A stretch of DNA of 64,000 bases from Octopus sinensis (GCF_006345805.1 NC_043022.1:4650001-4714000), one strand, 5' to 3'. Positions 25,858-39,380 are shown, counted from the stretch's first letter. Translations and numbers: made by a program. Notes: a model not told the origin generated them from the letters alone.

Positions 25858-25895
25858 TATATATATATATTATATTATATATATATATATATTAT

Positions 25896-25947
<52 letters not shown>

Positions 25948-26440
25948 TTTCCCTTGGATAACATTGGTGTTATGGAGAGAGGGAAGCTGGTATGCATGGG
26001 TGACTGCTGGTTTCCATAAACACACTTGCCTGGACTTGTACCTCAGAGGGGAACTATCTAGGTGCAACCCCATAGTCATTTGTGATAGAAGGGGGTCTTT
26101 ACCCTTTACCCTATCACCATACAGGGCACCATCACCAATGATGTCTCTAAATAACCAATTATTGGCACTGTGATTTTAGAAATGGTTTCTGAACCTCAGA
26201 GGCACGGAATTTCTGAAATTAATTCAATCATCAACACTGAAACGACACATACACACACACACACACACACATACACACATACACACACACACACACAAAT
26301 GGTAACGATTTTATAACATATGTGTATGTGAATGTGTGTGTGCGTGTGTATATGTGTTTGGCATCTCTTTTCACCTGTAGGTCAACACTATCTTCAATAC
26401 AGCTGTTTGTCTGAACATCAGCTTTAAACACATTAAAAAT

Positions 26441-26472
<32 letters not shown>

Positions 26473-26558
26473 CATACATACATAAATTTATATTTATACA
26501 TGTATGTACATATATATATATATATGTTTATCTATGTATGTATCTATCTATCTATCTA

Positions 26559-26603
<45 letters not shown>

Positions 26604-26722
26604 TATATATATATATATATCTATATATATATGCATGTATGTATGTATATCTATATATACATATATGTATGTATATATGTATATATATTTATGTATGTAA
26701 GTATATATATACATGTATGTAA

Positions 26723-26754
<32 letters not shown>

Positions 26755-26785
26755 TTATGTGCATATATATATATGTGTGTATGTA

Positions 26786-26825
<40 letters not shown>

Positions 26826-26829
26826 TATA

Positions 26830-26862
<33 letters not shown>

Positions 26863-26891
26863 ACATATATATATGTATGTATGTATATATA

Positions 26892-26927
<36 letters not shown>

Positions 26928-27241
26928 TGTATGTATGTGTATGTAAACATACATATACACACACACTCACACTTTTTTTATTTTCTTAATCTCTTCTGAA
27001 TCAGTTTAAAACACTTTTTTTTTTTTCTATGGAAAACAAAATTATAAATTCCAGTCTTTGAATTTGTATTTTTGCAAATTTGCCTTCAGACACTTTCCCA
27101 AGTCACCAAAGGGTAGCTATGACAACAACAACAACAACGATGACAATTGGTTTCAATTTTGGCACAAGGCCAGCAATTTTGAGGGAGGGTGTAAGTCAAT
27201 CACATGGACCCCAGTGCATGACTGGTACTTATTTTATTGAA

Positions 27242-27472
27242 GGCGGTGAGCTGGCAGAAACGTTAGCACGTCGGGCGAAATGCTAAGCGGTATTTCATCT
27301 GCCGTTACGTTCTGAGTTCATATTCCGCCGAGGTCGACTTTGCCTTTCATCCTTTCGGGGTCGATAAATTAAACACCAGTTACGCACTGGGGTCAATGTA
27401 ATCGAGTTAATCCGTTTGTCTGTCCCTGTTTGTCCCCTCTGTGTTTAGCCCCTTGTGGGTAGTAAAGAAATA
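27242..27472 (+). mobile_element. SINE family B, full length
   Basis: GGCGGTGAGCTGGCAGAAACGTTAG head through to tail. Confidence 0.9.
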
Positions 27473-27610
27473 GGAACTTATTTATTGAACCCGAAGGAAT
27501 GACAAATTTGACCTCAGCAGGAATTGAACACAAAATGTAAAGATAGAAGAAATGCCGCAAAGCATTTTGGCCATTATGCTGTCCATTTTGCCAAGCCCAC
27601 CAACAATAAT

Positions 27611-27972
27611 AAGAAGAGCACTCAGAGAGCACAAACCTCCATCAAGGCAACCCCAACGTCCTCTCAACGATTAGCCAGAGATGATTTTTAAAATGAGAAT
27701 ATCTGAAATAAACTCGATTACTCTCACAAACGAGAATACTAAAAATGAACCAAACCACTCTCAATAATTAAGTAAAAAACAGGAAAAAAAAATCCAGAAT
27801 CCTTGTCCGGTACCGGATTGATCCCAAAATCTAATCAGTTTGTGCCAGTCACGAGACCAAAGATCCCTGAAAGTTTCATCCAAATCCATCCAGCAGTTCT
27901 TGAGATATCTTGTCCATGGACAAACAAACACAACTGCAAACAATACTTCCGCCTTCACTAAGGTGGAGGTAA
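27611..27972 (+). mobile_element. Family F, Helentron/DINE-1-like non-autonomous element
   Basis: Starts AAGAGCACTCAGAGAGCACAAACCTCC; ends in hairpin CTTCCGCCTT-CACT-AAGGTGGAGG; second copy at 46898-47266. Confidence 0.6.
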
Positions 27973-28238
27973 TAATAACCCTTTCTACTAAAGGCACAAG
28001 GCCTGAAATTTTGGGAAAGGGGTCTAGTCGATTACTTGACCCCAGTGTTTCACTGGTACTTAATTTATGGGCCCTGAAAAGATAAAAGATAAAGCCAACC
28101 TCAATGGAATTTGAACTCAGAACATACAGACAATAATAATAATAATAATTCTTTCTACCATTCTATATTTCTGAGGTGAGGAATTATTTACAACGGACGG
28201 ATTGGTGTCCTCACCTTGTTTGTTGGGCACTCCTTTAA

Positions 28239-28458
28239 CCCTTTAGCATTCAGATTACTCTGTCAAATGTAAAGCCTGTTTAATTACATTGTTTTAAATT
28301 AATTGTACAGCATCTTGTAACTCTGAGATTTTGATGATGTCCCTGTTTATTCTTAGAATGACTTTGTAGGATAGGTGTGAGAGGTCAGAGCTGGCTGGTT
28401 TGAGCATATAACAGGAAGACAATTTTGGCCTGATATGGCCGGTTTAAACACTAAAGCG
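28239..28458. mobile_element. TTAA-flanked piggyBac-type MITE
   Basis: TTAA|CCCTTTAG...CTAAAGCG|TTAA; same family as 45613-45834. Confidence 0.8.
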
Positions 28459-28654
28459 TTAATACAGAGGTCCCAACGCATCAACATAACGATACGGAGG
28501 GGAAGTAATCTAGTTTTACGAAAACTACTGTTAATGATTTTAGGGGCCCCACAATATTGTGTTTTTACTGCAGTCTTCCCCCATAATATCGTCTGGTCAC
28601 TCATTAGGGTTAGTTTTTCGTTTCAACTTACACTAGGGCCTGAAATTTAGGGGA

Positions 28655-29225
28655 AGGGGCTACTCGATTACATCGACCCCAGTACACAACTGGTACTTAG
28701 TTTATCAACCCCGAAAGGATGAAGGGTAAAGTTGGCCTCGACAGAATTTGAACTCAGAATGTAAAGACAGATGAAATGCGGGCAAGCATTTTGCCCAGTG
28801 TGGTAACGAGTCTACCAGCTGGCTGCTTTTAACAACAATAATAATTATTTCTAGGCCTTGAGAAGTTTTGGGAAAGGGGGCTAGTTGATTATATTGACAC
28901 CAGTGTGTAACTGGTACTTCATTAATCGACCCCGAAAGGATGAAAGGCAAAGTCGACCTCAGCAGGATTTGAACTCAGAACATAAAGGCAGACGAAATAC
29001 TTATTTCTTTATTACCCACAAGGGGCTAAACACAGAGGGGACAAACAAGGACAGACAAATGGATTAAGTCGATTATATCGACCCCGGTGCGTAACTGGTA
29101 CTTATTTAATCGACCCCGAAAGGATGAAAGGCAAAGTCGACCTCGGCAGGATTTGAACTCAGAACATAAAGGCAGACGAAATACTGCTAAGCATTTCACC
29201 CAGCATGCTAACGATTCTATCAGCT
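28655..29225 (-). mobile_element. Cluster of three family-B SINEs
   Basis: Reverse copies at about 28655-28830, 28870-28999 and 29000-29225. Confidence 0.85.
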
Positions 29226-29278
29226 CCTCAACTTATTTAACAACAACAACAATAATAATAACATTACCTTACCTTAAC

Positions 29279-29480
29279 GGGAAAGTTTACGAAAATAAAC
29301 AAAAGACGAAGGCAGGTGGAGTACAAACAAACAAATGTATTAGTATGGCGCTCAGGAATAGAAATAGAAAAAGTCTTTTACGTTTCGAGCCTACGCTCTT
29401 CAACAGAAAGATACACAGAAAAAAAAACAAGGAGAGAAACAAGGAGAGGAAAAAATGCGTGTAGGAGCTAACGATTTATC
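29279..29480 (-). mobile_element. Penelope-like pseudo-LTR fragment with minimal HHR
   Basis: Homologous to 39702-39885; contains the motif at 29374-29411. Confidence 0.7.
29374..29411 (-). ncRNA. Minimal type I hammerhead motif with CUGUUGA core (family H1a)
   Basis: TCTTT-CTGTTGA-A-GAGC-GTAG-GCTC-GAAAC-GTA-AAAGA: 5-bp stem I, 4-bp stem II, ACGT palindromic stem III. Confidence 0.65.
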
Positions 29481-29834
29481 ATGGCGTCCTGATTTCGACC
29501 TTACCTTAGTTTATGAGAGACAAGAGTTTGCCAAGAAACTCTGATAGTAACAGCAAAAATGAGGCTGGACTGTTAACAAGTGTTTCAGAGAAGATGAAGA
29601 CTGACCACAGCTGTTATCCGAAGACAGCATCCGTAGATAATGGAGTAAAGAGGAAGAAGTGGACAGCTCCAGAGAACAGTGTTATTAGGGACAGCTAGGA
29701 TACTCAGGAAGGTTCCTTGTTATAGCCCAATGTTAGGAATTTTACTTTTCTAACAGTCTAATCTGTTGAGCGTATATGAAATAATACAAAACGGAAACTT
29801 AAGTTCAAAAAACTAAACTAAAATAAAACAAATA

Positions 29835-30243
29835 GGCGCAGGTGTGGTTGTGTGGTAAGTAGCTTGTTTACCAACCACATGGTTCCGGGTTCAGTCCCAC
29901 TGCGTGGCACCTTGGGCAAGTGTCTTCTGCTATAGCCCCGGGCCAACCAATGCCTTGTGAGTGAATTTGGTAGACAGAAACTGAAAGAAGCCCGTCGTGA
30001 ATACTGATATATATATATATGTGTGTGTGTTTGTGTGTCTGTGTTTGTCCCCCTAGCATTGCTTGACAACTGATGCTGGTGTGTTTATGTCCCCGTTACT
30101 TAGCGGTTCGGCAAAAGAGACCGATAGAATAAGTACTCGGCTTACAAAAGAATAAGTCCCGGGGTCGAGTTGCTCGACTAAAGGCGGTGCTCCAGCATGG
30201 CCGCAGTCAAATGACTGAAACAAGTAAAAGAGTAAAAAGAGTA
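29835..30243 (+). mobile_element. SINE family A
   Basis: Full length. Confidence 0.9.
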
Positions 30244-30643
30244 AACGAAAATTGTTTGATATTAATAAACAAAAATAACCGAAAAAACAGAAAACTGAGA
30301 ATGATTTTTAACAGAATCAAGTCTGAAGAAAATGGTAGAATTAACAGCAAAATGGAAAGGTTTAAGATGTCAATCAGATGGAAAGTTTCAAAAAAATTTT
30401 GGTTTTCTTTTTTTCTGTTTTGTTCCAAATTTTGATTGTTTTCTTTGACTGGAGACAATTGAAGAATTAGATAATAAGCTATTTTCGGTTTTACATTGCT
30501 ATTGTCATCAAGATAGAGTTGATGTGATGGGGGGGGGGGTGAAAACAGAGGTGGGTTACCATGTTTTCATCAAGTTTAATTCAGGTCCTGTCTTGATTGG
30601 CTAAGCTGATCATCCAATCAACAATGAAGGAAGCATATGCATA

Positions 30644-31212
30644 GGTGTAGGAGTGGCTGTGTGGTAAGAAGTTTTGTTTCCCAACCACATGGTTCTGGGT
30701 TCAGTCCCACTGCATGGTACCTTGAGCAAGATGCCTTCTGCTATAGCCTCAGGCTGACCAATCATCAGCTGGTAAACTGAGCCTGCTTTTCTTTTGAAAT
30801 ATCCATTGACTGGATTGTGTGGTAAGTAGCTTGCTAACCAGCCACATGGTTCCGGGTTCAGTCCCACTCCGTGGCATCTTGGGCAAGTGTCTTTTGCTAT
30901 AGCCCCGGGCCGACCAATGCCTTGTGAGTGGATTTGGTAGACGGAAACTGAAAGAAGCCTGTCGTATATATGTATGTATATATAAGTGCGTGTGTATGTG
31001 TTTGTGTGTCTGTGTTTGTCCCCCTAGCATTGCTTGACAACCGATGCTGGTGTGTTTATGTCCCCGTCACTTAGCAATTTGGCAAAAGAGAGCGATAGAA
31101 TAAGTACTGGGCTTACAAAGAATAAGTCCCGGGGTCGATTTTCTCAACTAAAGGCGGTGCTCCAGCATGGCCACAGTCAAATGACTGAAACAAGTAAAAG
31201 AGTAAAAGAGAG
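30644..31212 (+). mobile_element. SINE family A (extra head 30644-30760 plus copy 30817-31212)
   Basis: Direct match. Confidence 0.85.
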
Positions 31213-31291
31213 AGAGTATCAGTATATATATATCTATATCTATATATATATATATATAAAATCAAAATAAGCAACAGGATATCCAGAGGTG

Positions 31292-31380
31292 ATGCAGTAC
31301 AACTGTTTCAAGCGGCTCCATTTAATTGAACAATGCAATCATTACATTAATTTTAAATTCAGGGCTATCCTCAGCTGCAT
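31292..31380 (-). ncRNA. Type I hammerhead motif with long stem II (family H2a)
   Basis: ATGCAG-CTGAGGA-[58-nt hairpin]-GAAAC-AGTT-GTA-CTGCAT; perfect 6-bp stem I. Confidence 0.7.
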
Positions 31381-32024
31381 AAATGAATAAATAGAATTTT
31401 TAATCAGTTGGACACATTAATATAATTTTACTGAAATGCTCTAATAGAGCAAGAAGACACAAAGAGTCCATGTTGCCACCACTATAGCTAAGAATATACT
31501 ACACTTCTAAGAATTGTATGAAGCTTGTTGGGGTCATAGCTTGCAAAGGATTGTAGTTCATTTATAATTCATTAGTCTTTTTATAAACTACCAATTCTAA
31601 GACTAGAAGACTGTGTCTGTTTAGAATGGAGGGCAGGAATGAGTTGACAGCACATCACTAGGTATGGTCATAAATATTGTCAAGATTTCTTGGATTAGTA
31701 TAAAGTAACTGTCTATAAAGGAGGCTGGGTAGGGGAAGGCCCGAAATCAAGATGTTAATTACCAATTAAAGGGGCAAGACGCTAATAAAACCTATGATGT
31801 TAATACAGAGGAAATTATCATGGGGTACTAGGGGTGATTGCTTATAAACAATATTGTTATGTTGTATAAAGATAAAATTTAAGATTATTAAAAATGATAT
31901 TGTAACCAAAATAGATAAAATATGTATATTTACCAATTTTCAATATTAGGAAGGGAAGATTACATAGAATTAGTTTAATATTCATTCATGTACTTAATCA
32001 TTTACTTGTTTTTATATATATATA

Positions 32025-32540
32025 TCATCATCATCATCATCATCATCGTTTAGCGTCCGTTTTCCATGCTAGCATGGGTTGGACGGTTCTACTGGGGTCC
32101 GTGAAGCTGGAAGGCTTCATCAGGCCCAGTCAGATCTGGCAGTGTTTCTACGGCTGGATGCCCTTCCTAACGCCAACCACTCCGTGAGTGTAGTGGGTGC
32201 TTTTTACGTGCCACCCGCACAGGTGCCAGACAGAGCTGGCAAACGGCCACGAACGGATGGTGCTTTTTGGCCAGGCGAGGCTGGCAACGGACACGAATGG
32301 ATGGTGCTTTTTACGTGCCACCGGCACGAGGCCAGTCGGGGCGATGCTGGCAACGGTCGCGAAACAGAAGGTTCTCTTACATGCCACCGACACTGGTAAC
32401 ACATCTGCAATTTCCATTGATCGATTTTGATTCTGATCCTCACTTGCCTCAACAGGTCTTCACAAGTAGAGTTTTGTGTCCCAAGAAGGGAAGGTATGCA
32501 TACGTAGGCTGGCTCCATCCCATGTAGAAGGCCACGGGTT
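32025..32540 (-). mobile_element. Family C, includes the single-copy 5' region related to the 93-bp array
   Basis: CTTGTGAAGACCTGTTGAGGCAAGTGA on the minus strand at about 32440-32470. Confidence 0.85.
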
Positions 32541-32561
32541 ATATATATATAGACATGTCTT

Positions 32562-32859
32562 TGCTTTGGGCTGACCAAAGCCTTGTGAGAAGATTTGGTA
32601 GATGGAAACTGAAAGAAGCCTGTCGTACATATATATGTGTGTATGTATGTATTTGTGTATCTGTGTTTGTCCCTCTAACGCTGCTTGACAACCAATGTTG
32701 GTGTGTTTACATCCCTGTAACTTATTGATTCAGCAAAAGAGACCGATAGAATAAGTACTAGGCTTACAAAGAATAAGTCCTGGGGTCGATTTGTTCAACT
32801 AAAAGGCAGTGCTCCAACATGGCCGCAGTCAAATGACTGAAACAAGTAAAAGAATAAAA

Positions 32860-32907
<48 letters not shown>

Positions 32908-33064
32908 ATAAATGAATATATAGGCGCAGGAGTGGCTGTGTGGTAAGTAGCTTGTTTACTGACCACATGGTTCCGGGTTCAGTCCCACTGCGTGGCACCT
33001 TGGGCAAGTGTCTTCTACTATAGCCTCAGATTTGGTAGACGGAAACTGAAAGAAGCCTGTCGTA

Positions 33065-33113
<49 letters not shown>

Positions 33114-33295
33114 TTGTCCCCCTAGCATTGCTTGACAACCGATGCTGGTTTGTTTATGTCCCCGTTACTTAGCGGTTCGGCAAAAGAGACTGATAGAATA
33201 AGTACTGGGCTTACAAAAGAATAAGTCCCGGGGTCGAGTTGCTCGATTAAAGGCGGTGCTCCAGCATGGCCGCAGTCAAAATGACTGAAAAGAGT
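32562..33295 (+). mobile_element. Two family-A SINEs (32562-32861 headless; 32923-33295)
   Basis: Direct match. Confidence 0.88.
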
Positions 33296-33662
33296 AACAT
33301 ATATATATATATTTAAAAAGGAGATGTGGAACACGAGTTGTGATATATAAAAAAAGGAAATGAAGAAAATGCTGACAAAATAATTTAAGTAAGGGAGAGT
33401 GTATTTAATTAGGTGAAAGTTCTTTTTACCGGTTGCGCATTTGTGATGCTTATCAAAAGATATTTTTTTAAGAGAGATAGAGTTCCTTTCTGATAGATTT
33501 TTTTCTCTTATATATATATATCGCTTAGGCTTAGTGATACTAATAACCTGGTATTAGAACTCAAAATACACATGTTTCAGAATGAATTGTCAGTCAAACT
33601 ATAGAACAGTAAAAAGAAATTAAAATGACAACGGAATAAAAGATAAGGCCATAAGCTTCAAT

Positions 33663-33745
33663 ATCTTACAGCTGTTTCTGCTATAAGATACAAGGCACTC
33701 AGAGTTGAATGCTTATTTATATCACTCTGTACTATCATCAGAGCT
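33663..33745 (-). ncRNA. Degenerate type I hammerhead motif (family H2b) with inverted partial copy at 33762-33809
   Basis: AGCT-CTGATGA-...-GCA-GAAAC-AGCT-GTA-AGAT; ACAGCTGT palindrome. Confidence 0.55.
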
Positions 33746-34029
33746 TCAGTATAGACACACACATTCAACCATGAGCGCATTGCATCTTATAAGCAGAAAC
33801 GGCTGTAAGCTAATGACGTAATTTTTTATTCCCTTGTCATTTTAATTTCACACACACACACACACACATCTTGACTGATGATTGCATGTAACAATACAGT
33901 CTTTATATCGCGTTGAGCATGTGAAATGGAAGCTGTCCATTGTTTTCTCTTCCATTTTCTTTTCTCTCCCCCCCCCGTTTTCCACTTTTCACACATCCGT
34001 AGAGTAAATGGTTAAGGAGAGACCACTTG

Positions 34030-34185
34030 ACAGCAAGTGGCTGCAAAGAGTCCAAAATGACACAATTGAGACAACAACAAGCAAGCATCAACAGAGTCAG
34101 GGATGGAAGAAAATGTGCAGATGCCGGAAGTGGATCGGACACGTCCTCGGACAAGATCGTTAAAGCAATTGAATGATGGCACCAA
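34030..34185 (+). mobile_element. Old RTE-type LINE remnant
   Basis: Broken frame WLQRVQN...RCRKWIGHVLG resembles the RTE (W)KWIGHVLR motif. Confidence 0.45.
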
Positions 34186-34189
34186 TACT

Positions 34190-34590
34190 CTTTACTCTTT
34201 TTTAATCTTTTACTTGTTTCAGTCATTTGACTGCCGCCATGCTGGAGCACCGCCTTTAGTCGAGCAAATCGACCCCGGGACTTATTCTTTGTAATCCTAG
34301 TACTTATTCTATCGGTCTCTTTTGCCGAACCGCTAAGTGACGGGGACGTAAACACACCAGCATTGGTTGTCAAGCAATGCTAGGGGAACAAACACAAACA
34401 CACAAACATACATATATATATATATATATACATATATACGACAGGCTTCTTTCAGTTTCCGTCTACCAAATCCACTCACAAGGCATTGGTCGGCCCGGGG
34501 CTATAGCAGAAGACACTTGCCCAAGATGCCACGCAGTGGGATTGAACCCGGAACCATGTGGTTGGTTAGCAAGCTACTTACCACACAGCC
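34190..34590 (-). mobile_element. SINE family A
   Basis: Reverse copy. Confidence 0.9.
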
Positions 34591-35204
34591 ATGCCTGTGC
34601 CAATGTGGAAGAAAAACAATTTATTTAGTTTGTTTGTTAGTCAGCCTTGGCAGAATTTGAACTCAAAATGCAAAGGGTGAAATGCCACAAAGCAGTGTGC
34701 TCCCGATTCTACCAACTCTACTTCAATATTTTTGACGCTCAATCATTTCCTCACTCGCACAATGGAACTCTTGCATAATGGTTATTTTTGAGGAGAAGAA
34801 TGAGGGGCAAAATTTTTTAAAATTATGGTTTATTGTTCAGATGTGACACTTTGCTCAGCAGGGGTCCATGTGGTCCTTTTTATGTGACACCAGCCCAGCA
34901 CCAATTCTTTTTACGTCATACTAGCACTTTTCATGAGGCACCAGCCCCGGTGCTTTTTACATGGCACCAGCACAGGTGCCCTTCATGGGCAAAGTTACTT
35001 TAGGGCATCAACTCTGTTCTGGAAGTACGTAGTGGTTTTTGAACACTGAGTGGTCATGAGGGTCCTTCCATGGCAGTGGTGGTGATGTTTGTGGTGGTGA
35101 TTGTGGTAGTGATGACTGTGGTGGTTGTTGTTGTGGCAATGGTGGTGTAGGCAGTGGTCGATGTCGAGGCACAGTGTAAACTAATTAAAGACAGAATCAA
35201 TTAA

Positions 35205-35421
35205 CCCTTTCGTTACCAACCCGGCTGAAACCGGCTCTGGCTCTGTAGTACAAATGTTTTGTTTGCATAAGTTTTGAATTAAAATTTTCCACTAATCATT
35301 AGTCACAAGTTATGTTCCTAACACTAGCTCAATGATAACTAAGTTATTTTACTAAATTCTTTGTTATATTTCAAATAATTGAAAGAAACTCAGAGCATCT
35401 CAAAATGAATACAATAATGGG
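35205..35421. mobile_element. TTAA-flanked MITE (217 bp) with a paralogous empty site at 36847-36850
   Basis: TTAA|CCCTTT...AATGGG|TTAA; duplicated flank at 36735-36875 reads AATCAATTAATGGATG without the insert. Confidence 0.88.
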
Positions 35422-35764
35422 TTAATGGATGACTCTGGCTGCCATTGACATAATTGGCTGAGAACCAGTGGTGTAGATGAAGTTATATTGCACACTGCAA
35501 GGCTGTTGTTGGTGACAGGAAGAGCATCCAGCCATTTAAGAAGGCCAACATCAAAAGCAAGGAATAAATAAAGCAAATGTGGATTCTATAAGCAACAAAG
35601 ATTGGTATTTGGGTTGTTTCTGTTGGGGGTGTTGTGAGACACTCTGAGACCAAGATGGCCAGCGCCAGTTTGGGAGAACAAATAGATGATGATGATGGTA
35701 GTAGTGATGGTGGTTGCAATGATGAAGGTGGTGGTGGCAGTGGCAGTGGTGGTGGTGGTAGCAA

Positions 35765-35994
35765 GGCGGCGAGCTGGCAGAAACGTTAGCACGTCGGGCG
35801 AAATGCTTAGCGGTATTTCGTCTGCCGTTACGTTCTGAGTTGAAATTCCGCCGAGGTCAACTTTGCCTTACATCCTTTCGGGGTCGATAAATTAAGTACC
35901 AGTTACGCACTGGGGTCGATGTAATCAACTTAATACCTATGTCTGTCCTTGTTTGTCCATTCTATGTTTAGCCCCTTGTGGGTAATAAAGAAAT
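35765..35994 (+). mobile_element. SINE family B, full length
   Basis: Direct match. Confidence 0.9.
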
Positions 35995-35999
35995 GGGTG

Positions 36000-36790
36000 G
36001 TAGCAGATATCATTTGATGATGATGATTGTGATGGAGAAGAGTAAGGAGGAGGAAGAGGTGAGTGTGATGTCAGTATGGAGGGGAGGAGGGAGAAATTGT
36101 GTTGGAGGGGAAGGAGAAGGAGGTGATGTGTGCAAGAGGAGGAGGTGATGTTGGTGTGGAAGAAGGAGGAGGAGGTGATGTCCTGATTAGGGTGAACTTC
36201 TTTGGCAAGCAAGACCTTGTTGAGTCTAGGATAATTGGGTTTATGAAATTGGAAATATCTTGTAGTGGGCAGGTGGTGGTGGTGGTGGTAGTGGAGACGG
36301 TGATGGTGATGATGATGGTGGTGGTGGTAGTTGTGGTACTGGTGGTGAAGGTGATGGTGATGATGGTGGTAGAGATGGTGGTAGTGGTTGTGGTGGTATT
36401 GGTGGTGGTGGTTGTGGATAGTCATGGTGAAGGTGGTGATGTTGGAGATGGTGGTGGTAGTGGTGGTGGAGATAGTGGTGGTGATGGTGGTGATGACGGT
36501 TGTAGTAATAGTGATGGTTGTAGTGGTAGTAGTAGTAACCACTGCAGCACTCATCACCACAACCATTACAATCACTAGTAATGGTGGTGGTGGGGTGGTG
36601 GAGATGGTGGTAGTGATTATAGTGGTAGTGGTGATGAGTGTGGCAGTGGTGGTGGTGGTGGTTGTGGTGGTAGCAACAATCATGATTGCCATGATTGGTG
36701 GGGGTGGTAGTATTGATGGTTGCGGTTAGGGTGGTAGTGGTTGTGGTAGTGACGACTATGGTGGTGGTGGTGGTGGTTGCAGCAATGGTG
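36000..36790. repeat. (GGT/GAT)n trinucleotide low-complexity tract
   Basis: Direct inspection. Confidence 0.95.
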
Positions 36791-37559
36791 GTGTAGACAG
36801 TTGTCGATGTGGAGGCACAGTGTAAACTAATTAAAGACAGAATCAATTAATGGATGACTCTGGCTGCCATTGACACTAACTTAATAACCAGTCATTGATA
36901 TATATGCACACAACCATATATACACACACAGACACACAGATGTATATATACATACATGTATGTATGTATATAATGTTTATTCACACACAGACCTCCTATG
37001 TTTGCATGAGAGAGGAAGAGAGAGAGAGAGAGAGGCATGTGTGTGTGTGTATGCATTATTTGTATGTATGTATACATATATATATATATATATTAATACA
37101 TATATATATATATTATATAAAATACATATATATATATATATATAAATACATATATATAATTATATATACATATAAAAATACATATATATATGTATGTATG
37201 TGTATAAGTATTATATATAATTGCTTGTGTACTTCAATATAAAGGTTGTTAAATATTTATATACATGCATCCCATCACATACACACACATGTATGTATGT
37301 ATATATATCTATTATATAGATACACACACATGTATATATATATATATATATATAATATTATATATATTATATATATGCACACACACACATGCACACACAC
37401 ATTCACACACACATATACACACATATATACAAATATATATATACACACACACACCTACACACAGCCACACCCACACAGCAATGTATGTTGAAGATGGTAA
37501 GGTAAGGACGAGAGTAAGAACTGGATGTAAAGTCTTGAGTAATAATTTGTAAAACAGAC

Positions 37560-39380
37560 ACATCAGCTGGAGGAGACATAATTATAACCACCACCACCAC
37601 CACCACCACCACCACCACTGCCGCTGCTGCTGCTGCTACTGCTACTACTACAACTTGCTGGCCACCATAGTCTCCATCCTCATCATCATCACCACCACCA
37701 CTACTACTCAGTGGCATAGTCTTTGTTAAAGATACCATCGTGCTTAACAGACAATGCCACCAGCACCACTACTACCACCACCACTACCAATACCACTACA
37801 AACATCACCATCACCATCACCACCACCAGTCATCATCATTATTATCATCATCACTGCCTCCGTTACCTCCCTCATCATCTTCACTGCTATCATCATCATC
37901 ATCATCATTGGCCTTATCATCCACCTTACCACCACCACCACCACCAACACCATCATCATAATCATCAGTTTCCCCACCACTGCCATCACCAATGCTACTA
38001 CCACCACTATCACCATCGTCATCATCATCGTCACCACCACCACCACCACCACAACCACCATCATCATCATCATCGTCATCACCACCAACATCATTCTCCT
38101 CACTGCCACAACTACCGCCCTTACCGTCACCACCACCACCACCACCACCACCGTCTCCATCTCCATCATCATTATAATTATTATTTCTGTCATTACACTA
38201 ATAATTATCTGATGCACACATTATCAGGGCTTGAAGAAGAAATGCCATCAGCAGCCATACCACCACCACACCACCACCACCGCGACCACCACCAACACTA
38301 CCACCACCATCACTGCGACCACAACCACTACCACCACCACCACCACCACTACCACCACCACCACTGTGACCACAACCACTACCATCACCACCACCACCAC
38401 CACCACCACCACTACCACCATCACTGTGACCACAACCACTACCATCACCACCACAACCACTACCACCGCCATCAATGCGACCACCACCACTACCATCACT
38501 ACCACCACCACTACCATCACCATCACTACAACCACAACCACTACCATCACCACCACCACCACTACCACCACCATCACTGCGACCACAACCACTACCATCA
38601 CCACTACCACCACCATCACTGTGACCACAACCACTACCATCACCACCACCACAACCACTACCATCACCACCACCACTACCACCACCATCACTGCGACCAC
38701 AACCACTACCATCACCACCACCACTACCACCACCATCACTGTGACCACAACCACTACCATCACCACCATCACTGTGACCACAACCACTACCATCACCACC
38801 ACCACTACCACCACCATCACTGCGACCACAACCACTACCATCACCACCACACCATCACTGCGACCACAACCACTACCATCACCATCACCACCATCACTGC
38901 GACCACTACCATCACCACCACCACCACCACTGTCATCACTGCGACAACAGCCACCACCTTCTTCCTCATCATCATCACCACCACCACTACCACCACCACC
39001 ATCATTAAGATGAGCACCCTTACTACCATCACCACCACCGCCATCATCATCACCACCACTAATTCCATCATCACCACCACCACCACCACCATCATTAAGA
39101 TTAGCACAATTACCACCACCACCACCATCACCACCAGCTGCAGCATCACTACCATCACTGTGACCCCTACCACCACCACCTTCCTCATCCTCATCAGCAT
39201 CCACACCCCACCTCATCTCTCCCTCTCTCTTCATCTTCAGCAGACATAAATACCAATATCACTCACAGTGCCACTGTACCAACTAGTACCAGCCAACATC
39301 ACTTATCTTGCTATCTGAACACCACCACTACCATCCACACCACCACCACCACTACCAACAACAACTACAACCACAATTGA
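37560..39380. repeat. (CCA/CAT)n tract with a higher-order unit ATCACTG(C/T)GACCACAACCACTACC
   Basis: Anchor recurs roughly 14 times between about 38300 and 38900. Confidence 0.95.

Noticed and set aside
29513-29698. KRKKWT..EN ORF as the N-terminus of a LINE ORF
   Set aside because: Single short motif with no further support.
32440-32540. HDV-like ribozyme at the family C 5' end or in the 93-bp unit
   Set aside because: P3- and P4-like stems are visible but I could not find consistent P1 and P2 pairings.
37723-39249. 508-aa His/Thr-rich ORF as a real gene
   Set aside because: Several frames on both strands are open because CCA/CAT repeats lack stops; no ATG context, splice signals or domain.
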